Part shown: positions 55,797 through 64,000 of the stretch, piece by piece | Layout: every line of letters begins with the position of its first letter | Numbering within the stretch: position 1 is the first letter of the stretch | DNA from: the human T2T-CHM13v2.0 reference genome, Homo sapiens | DNA: 64,000 bases | Assembly (NCBI RefSeq): GCF_009914755.1 | Contig: NC_060936.1 | Reading direction: 5' to 3' (one strand) | Program-made: the position numbers and the translations under genes | Notes under the pieces: model-generated | Told to the model about the DNA's origin: nothing | Databases searched by the model: none | Seen by the model: only the letters and a program-made list of their open reading frames with translations

Positions 55797-57039
55797 GTGT
55801 CCCTTTGGCAACTCAAATCTGTAAGTCCAGGTTTCCTACCCAACAGGTAGGAGGTCTTTGCTGGGTCTTTAACCTGTGGGGGCTGAGGCAAAGTGGTAAC
55901 CATCTGCAGCAGAACAACAAGATGCTTCTGGCCCCAGGAAAGACATTCCAACAACTGCTGGGCAGGCCCTTGCCTGTATCATTTTAACAGCCATACTCCC
56001 ATAAGGGTGTTTCTCAGCCCATACTGGAGAATCAAAGAGGATGTGATCTCAGCTGAAGCCTGACAGCAGGACTGAATCCATTGAATTTCTTGCATTAAAA
56101 CTTGAAAACCTTCTAAATACATTCATGTGAACATTTTCTTATGGTCCTGAGTTTTAAAAAATTAAATCATTATTAAAATAAAAATCTTAATAGCTGCCTT
56201 AGTCCTCTAAACTGGTAGCATGAGTTTTACAACTCCCTCTGTAACAGATGTGGGACCTCCAACTTACTTGGAGTCTTACAGAGAGCCTTGGACTTTGCTG
56301 CCACCAGAGTACCGCTGGTAGCTGCAAGCATAAGAGGACGTGATTCATCCTCCACTCCCTGTGCAGATGATCCGGCAGGGCTGTGAGAGAAGAGCTGTCT
56401 GTCCAAGCCGCTGATGAGAGCTTTCCTGTGGGTTTCATCAAAACTGAAGCCAAGTCCAAAGGGTTATGTCAAGAAAATTGCATTAGACAGTGCCCTTTCA
56501 ACATTTAAATGCCCATGCCTTTAAAACCCTGAATAGAATTGATGATATTTCCCTCTGAAGCTATTTGCTCATGAGAAACATCAGGAAAACCATCTTTCTT
56601 TTCTCTTTTTGACAAGAGAAGCATTGGATGCAAAGGACAGGCAAGAATTGGTAGGGAGGATATACCACTAACGGACAGCATTACCAAGACAGCACAAAAG
56701 TAAGGATGTACTGTTGTGCTACTCTTATTTTTGGCTTTCCGTGATAGCAATTGGAAATAATAAAAATAAAATAAATACAATCAGTGAGGGTGAGAATGGG
56801 CCAGGGGTGGAATGTGGAAGAAATTCCCTTTCTGGTGCTCTCCTATTGCTGAGCAGCTAGAAATCGCTTCAGAACATTGCTTCTGCCTTTCCCGGCCACA
56901 TCCTCTCTCTTTTCCTTCTATAGGCAGTAGAGTGAAAGGGTGAGGGAAAAGTCGCCGGCTTCAGAGAGACCTGAGTTCTAGGCCCAGGTCTGCCACTACA
57001 CTGTTTTTAATTGTGTTTATAATCTTGATGGGTATTCAC

Positions 57040-57270
57040 CAAGTAATTTATCAAGTGCTTACTGTGTGCTGGGCACTCTTCTCAAGGCTTTGAGTCTATT
57101 AATTTAGTTAATTATCACAATGATGATAAGTACTTATTTTCACACCACTTTATACATGAGACAGCAATTAAGTCACTTGCGCAATGTCATACAGCTCAGA
57201 ACTGGAGGACCTGGGATTCAAACACACAAAGTCTGGCCACAGAGCACAAGCTCCTAGTGACTACGCTATC
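57040..57270 (-). mobile_element. MIR
   Basis: tttatcaagtgcttactgtgtgctgggcac...ctgggattcaaacac. Confidence 0.75.
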
Positions 57271-57364
57271 TTTCAAGTTATCTAAGCCCATTTTCTCATC
57301 TTAAAAAATATAGCTTATAAGCCTCATAGAATTATTATGTTGGTTAAATGAGATAATGCATATA

Positions 57365-57535
57365 GGCCGGGTGTGGTGGCTCACACCTATAATCCCAGCT
57401 ACTCGGGAGGCTGAGGCAGGAGAATCACTTGAATCCAGGAGGCGGAGGTTGCAGTAACCCAAGATCATGCCACTGCGCTCCAGTCTGGGTGGCAGAGTGA
57501 AACACTGTCTCAAAACAAAACAAAACAACAAAAAA
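57365..57535 (+). mobile_element. Monomeric AluS chimera (left-arm start joined to right arm), inside a MIR
   Basis: ggccgggtgtggtggctcacacctataatcccagc|tactcgggaggctgaggcaggagaatc; 15-bp TSD gagataatgcatata at 57350-57364 and 57536-57550. Confidence 0.9.
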
Positions 57536-59513
57536 GAGATAATGCATATAAATTTAGCACAGGGCCTGGGGTATAGTAAGCAATAAAAAGATGTCAGATA
57601 TTATTTTTTGACTTTCTCTGTCCTTTCAGCCCAGACCCCCAGAGGTGGAACCAGCAGGGGAAACTTGAAGAAATCGTGCCAGTTTCTTTTCTTCCCCACC
57701 CAGGGAGTCCTGTGTTCATATACTGTTGTGCTACATAACTAATACTTGAAGGAATAATAATGAGGCCATTGAGTGCCAATAATATGTTAGGCATTATACA
57801 AAATTCGTCATTCTACAAAACCTGTTTGCTTCCCAAGCCTACTCAGTCTCTGCTGAGTGGGTTTAAGATTACTGGCAATATATCCATTGCAAACCCTTTT
57901 AGCCAGGAGTGTCTGCTGCTTTGTCTTTAAGATTTTGTCTCTGCAAGAATATTGGACTCTTTGATTTCAGCGGCAAGGGTGTTTGGGTAGCAGCCAGAGT
58001 CTAACATTTTTTGTCCTTTAAAGCCTTCATGCATCTGTTGTTTGGCCATCACAACTGACTGCCTTGACTTGGTTGGAATTACAACTCAATTTACACCCTA
58101 TATTTTCCCTTTATTTCTTCAGCATCATACAGGACTCAAGATTTAACAGCATTTCTTTGACTTTCTGGCCTCCTCTCGAGACTTTGATTTATTTCTACAA
58201 GCCATATAACAGTGTTCTTGGCAGCCAATAAGAACTCTTCAATTGGACACTCTAATCAGGCTCTTTTCCTTGGCAACAAGTTCTAGCCACCTCCTCTTCT
58301 TTGCTGAGAGAAAACTCAGAAAAAAAAAAAAAAAAAAAAAAGGTGCGCCAGTTTAGAAGGAAGCAAAAGCTATCTCAACAGGTGAAAGAAAGCCAACTCT
58401 CGTGAAAGTGGGAAGGGAAAACTCTGCCTCTATAGGTATTGTTTCTTTAGGAAGCCATAAGGCCAAAATAACTGGTTATAATCCAGAGTATTGAATGTTT
58501 TTCCTGATACTCACTTGTCACATGATTTAAGTCAAGCCTGTTTGCTTCTCGGGGACTCAGTTTTCCCATCTGTAGAATATTACTCTCTGGCATCTTCACC
58601 ACAGAGTTTAAAGCATTGGCCATATGTTAACCTCTTTACTTTTCACAATCCTGTAAGAGTCAGGCACAGATACTTTGCTTCAGACCTGAAAGGAAAAAGA
58701 GAAGCAAAGAAATTGTGGGGTCTGCCTACAGTTGCAGTATAGCTGGGATAACAATTTACATTGTTTATCTTAATGCCAAATGCTATTGTTTTCCAGAAAC
58801 TTCTCTGTCAGAAAAATGGAATTATTAACAGAGAAATATGGCACCTTGCTTGCAAGTCATTTGACTTGGCTGTTTAAATGAAGTTAGGGGATTTCAAAAC
58901 CCAATCTAATAGAAAAACATTGGTCAGAGTTTGACATTATACAAATATTTCATACTTGGGGCCTACTGCCTTGAAACACTGACTAATCCTCACTGTTACC
59001 TTGTGAAATACATTATTAGTCATTATTAGTTCCATTTTACAGCTGGAGGAACCAAAGAAGAAAGTTCAAATGGCTTCTCTGGGGCCACAGAGGAAGTCAG
59101 TACTACACAAGAGAAATTCTTGTATTTTCTCTCTCTTTTGCTCACCCAGATAGAGAAAGCAGGTTTTCTGGAGAAGTTCTCACATCTGAAATCATTCATG
59201 AAACTAGAGGCAAATTCACATGGCATTAGTTTTTGAGAACAGTCACAGCTACAGCATTTCTAAAAATGTAAACATAACAGCAAATGTAAGATCCATATTG
59301 GAAAAACACCCTTGAGGTTGTGTTTCTCTAATTGTAGTCATTGGGCTTCCAGGAATTTGAGAGCACAGACCCCAAATCATTCACAGACCATGACACTTCT
59401 CTTACTCATGAATTAACTATATATTGGTATTCAATGAAAAGCTGATGTCTTTTTATGCGTACCCTAGCCAAAAATAATGCTAGGCTTCCTGATGATTCTC
59501 AAGATGTGTGGTG

Positions 59514-59515
<2 letters not shown>

Positions 59516-59552
<37 letters not shown>
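59516..59552. repeat. (GT)~18 microsatellite
   Basis: Direct reading. Confidence 0.97.
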
Positions 59553-59553
<1 letters not shown>

Positions 59554-61251
59554 TGTCAAGTAGACATTTACTGAACATTAACTGTGTATCAAGCACTGTG
59601 CCTACTTGTTGGAAAATAGAAGTAAAAATCTCCTTCCCCTAGAAGAATTTAGGATTTAGGTAAGAAAATAAAATACACATATCTACCAGGCTCTGGTAAA
59701 ATCTAGAGTTCAAATATGTTATTTTTAATTTTGCTTAACCCCATATTTCTTTAACTTTTGGAATTCAGAATTTTTCTTCAAGAAGCACCTAATAATAATG
59801 CCACTATAATTAGTACTTTTCACTTTAAAATTAATTTTTTAATCTCTCCATCAGTATTCAGGTTTAGAATTTCCTAAAAGACCATGTACTTAAGCTTTCT
59901 TATAAAACAATTACATCATCAAGATGCAAATAAAGACTTCTTAATTTCCATTTATATTCAATTATTTTATGTTAAATTTGGGCTTCCCGTCTGCCAAGTT
60001 ATATGCTGTATGGTGAACATATAAACAGGAAGCCAGCATTAGCCCTGCCCAGTAGTGTAGTGGAAGAATGACATGGAAACCTCTGATTGCAATACAATGA
60101 GACGAATGCTGGTTGACACACCTACAATATATGACCAGCGCCTGGAAACCAGCCATGCTAGCACATGGGGGTGCACGGAGGTGTACCGGGCGAAGGAAGG
60201 CTTTATGGAGGAAGTGATGTTTGAGCGGCTCTGAAAAAAACAGAAGGTCCCCAAGGTGAGAAGAGGATGAGGACTTTTCCAGGCAAAAGGAGAGGCAAAA
60301 TGGCGTGATTTGGGAGTCTCCTGGGGATCTACCCGTCAAGAGAAAACCTCCTGAGAAGGTCTATAAGTGGAGCAGCGTCTACAGGGCGCTTCGCACAGCA
60401 AGCTGAGTCAAACACCAAACTGCTTCAGCTAACGAAATCTGCTGCCAGCATCTTCTGCTGTAACCTGCAAACACTGAGATACCTCTAACTTCTCGCCTTT
60501 CTTCCCTTCTTCCTCTTCCAAAAAAAAATGGTAGTGTCTGCTTCCAACTTCTCAAGCATGTGGAAAAAGACCTTGAGCTCCATCAGTGAGTAAGACCAGA
60601 TAAACAGCAGTGCAGTGTTAGTGTCATCTTTGTCAGACTCATGAAAGAGCCTCCTTAAACAATAAATTATCATCAACATTCCAGGGTATAGTTGCTTAAT
60701 ATGTGTACTAGCCACGTCTCTGATACCTCTTCTTTCCGGGGTTTACCCTTTGGCTATTTCACTATTTGTTAGCATTTATGTACACAATTGGTTGTGCAAT
60801 TCTACTCTTTCAGCTGCTGTTAGTTCTTGTGGTGATGAAAGGTAAAACAGAGGGTGCAATAAGATTCAGGAATAATCTGTGGACTTTTATTTTTTAGTGT
60901 GATCTATCTCACAGAAAATTGACATGTTTGTTTTTATTTTATGGAAAACTAACTTTACTCTCAAAATGTTCCTTTACCGTGTTTTTTGGTGAAAAACATT
61001 TTTAAATAGTCTCCACAATTGTTGAATGGCTACTTTTCTGATGAATTTCTTAAGCAGTAAGAGAAGTCCCTACAGCAAGCAGTCTGCTGTTTTGAAATTG
61101 TTTGCAAGGGAAAGTATTGTATAAAGATAATTATGTTGTGGCTAAAGAACTATCTTAGGCTAAAGTCCTTGAACAAAGAACAGATAAGCATGTCTTTGTT
61201 TGAAGTTTTGTGGTGAAATAATCATTGGCAGCTTATGTAGATATGCCTTGA

Positions 61252-61575
<324 letters not shown>

Positions 61576-61809
61576 TCTATGAAAATATTTTTTTAAATGT
61601 GGAGCATTTGCTGGGTAACAAAGTACCTTTTTTAAAAAAATCCACATTGAAGAAAGTCATGTATTCACTCAGCAAATATTTACTGAGTTGCTTCATCTGC
61701 ATAAACACAGATATAAATTCTTGATACATCATTTTTAAAACAAATAATGATTATAATTACTCAAGGGGAACTTAAGACTGATTACTGTTGGCAAATACAA
61801 AATCATAAT

Positions 61810-62330
61810 ACCATATATTGAGCAATTACTAAATATCAGGCACATACTAAGTGCCAAATGTATATATTATCTCACTTAATCCTCTTGGTAACTCTTTGAG
61901 GTATTTTCATTAACCCTTTTTTACAGGTGAGGAATCTGAAAGTCAGAGAGATAAAGAAACTTGTCAAAGTTTGTTAGAGCTAATACACAGAACCAGGTTT
62001 TGAACTCTGGAATGTCTAGTTCCAAAGGCTTATCACTTAACCACTATCTCCCCATTGCCTTAGGTAATATATTAGCCAAAAGAAGAGCTACTTATTGAGA
62101 TACTTATCCCTGGTTGGTAACATGGTAACACATCATTTACAGTGTACAAGATGTGTAGCCACTAACAACAACCCTTGAGGCAGGTGTTTATTAACTCTTC
62201 TATTCTAGAGCTGAGTAAATTGAGACTTAAGGAAATTAAGGGACTTACCTAAAGTCATACTGCTAGCATGAGGCAGGATGAAGACCAGAAGTCAGGAACA
62301 ACTCCTCTGCTGTTGCAACTGTACCACTCT
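61810..62330 (-). mobile_element. Two tandem MIR remnants
   Basis: ttttacaggtgaggaatctgaaagtcagagag and gagtaaattgagacttaaggaaattaagggacttacctaaagtcatac. Confidence 0.75.
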
Positions 62331-64000
62331 GTACTACAAAGAGGTAGAAGGAGAAGTGATGGGAGGTTTGTCTTTCAAAACACGTGCACATGCACTCCAC
62401 AAGTAAGGAGGTACTAGTACTTCTCTTTGTGTTAATAAAAATAATAATTTGAATTAAAATGCCTCTCAATTTTAATTTTACAAAAATTCAGCAGCAATTA
62501 AAACAATTCATTAGCCTAACAATAAATACCAACAGAATCACATATTTAGAGTCCTCATAAAATATTAAGGTATTACTGATTATAAAAAACATATTTTTCT
62601 TGGTTTCTGTATTTAATAGCCTTTCAAGGGCTGGAGATTGTTTAGAATTACAGATAATGATTTTAAATCTTTTTCACTGTAGGAAAACATAGCAAGATAA
62701 AACGAGGAACTCATTATCTACCTGTTTTAATATGAAAGCGGGTAAATTTTCCAAAATGAATTGTTAATGAAAACTCTGAACAGATAATAAACCACGAAGA
62801 GACCTTTCAATCCCGTTAATTCTTGAAGTTGAAATTTTTAAATTTAAAATGGAGAGGAAAGAGTAAAAAACTCTATCCCTCTGAAGGATGTTTAGAGGAT
62901 ATCATTCAAAAATTCGGTGCCAACAACAATTTATACACAGCATGAAGAACAATGAATTCCACTTCTGTGGTTGTATCTGGAGAATAAAACAAGTCAAAAG
63001 GAAAAATTCCAAAGAAGGTTTAAATTTATTCTCCAACCTCAGAGCCTAGTTCGAGTTCGCCTGTGTGGTTTTATTGCTTAGTTCACACATAGGAATTAGC
63101 ACTGGGGATCCTAAAAGCCTGTTTAAAAAAAAAAATCTTTTGCTCCTGGTGTTGATACAAGAAAACACTCTTTCTTAAATTCAGTATGTGATTATTTGCT
63201 TCCTCATAAGTTCAAAATGCATGAAAAGAGAGAGGGGAGTGTCTTTAAAAAAGAACATCCTTCCACCACATTTTAAAACATTGCTCTTTTGTCAATGACA
63301 GGCAATTGGGGGCTTCTAAAAACAAAGGAACATAGTGGTATCTTTCAAATTAGTCAAGAGGGAATTTAGTGTCAAGTTATGTTCATAACCAGATTACCCA
63401 TGGAGTTGCTTTCTGTAGTTACTTCTTTATAGGGAATATATATAACTTAAATTTTAAATCACCAAGATTTAACATTGATCTTTACTACAGTAAAATCCCA
63501 CTGTGGGGGAAGGAGGGGGAAACTCTTACCATGGCATTCCTTCAGGAATAACTTTTTATAGTTGCAACCAGATAAAATATGATTTGCCTATAAGATGAAA
63601 GCTACTACTATATTTTACCATCTGCATTATATATTACTGTGAAATTATATTAAAGTTATATTGAAATAAGTGCTAGAAGAAGACCAATTGTCTAACCAAA
63701 GAAAACATTCAGAAATCTAATAGTTTCAGAAAGGAGAAATGTAAGGTACAAAATGTATATTTTGCCGAAGTCGTATAACAGAATGATCAAGGAAAGAGCA
63801 TCTAAATTGCCTAGGAGTCTAGGCGTTCACAGTCATGTGTTAAACTCCAAGATAGGTGGAATCTCACCATCCTGACATAACCACATGAACCACTTGTAAA
63901 TATACCATTTACATTAGCATTTGAACTTTATCTGATACCTTTCCACACTTCAGAGGCCACTGCCAATCAAACTAGTTTTTTAAAATGCATTAGCTCTTTT

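Noticed and set aside
56298-56315. CTCF-like gccaccagagtacc; also ccaggggcgc at ~7939
   Set aside because: Mismatches in the key GGC core or wrong spacing

Overview
Primate (almost certainly human) non-coding genomic DNA, intergenic or deep-intronic. It is dense in Alu, L1, L2, MIR, LTR and DNA-transposon remnants. I find no credible host protein-coding exon, RNA gene or CRISPR array, and most ORFs in the supplied track are artefacts of Alu, L1 or simple repeats. There are two retrocopies with target-site duplications (TSDs). One is a full-length RPL21 processed pseudogene whose frame is rescued by compensating deletions. The other is a young, unidentified ~480-bp polyadenylated 3'-UTR-like insert. 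The least expected structure is a set of local self-copies that do not match a repeat family I recognise. An old ~240-bp inverted repeat (52.9 kb / 54.9-55.8 kb, one arm later split by LTR9) brackets a CpG- and palindrome-rich core. Three dispersed direct duplications (~235 bp, ~410 bp and 47 bp) lie within 21.8-39 kb, each with one copy in or beside an interrupted transposon. Repeat subfamily names come from recalled consensus sequences, and percent identities are by-eye estimates; both need RepeatMasker/BLAST confirmation. I could not identify the locus, and I cannot support a claim of a new biological system beyond these candidates.
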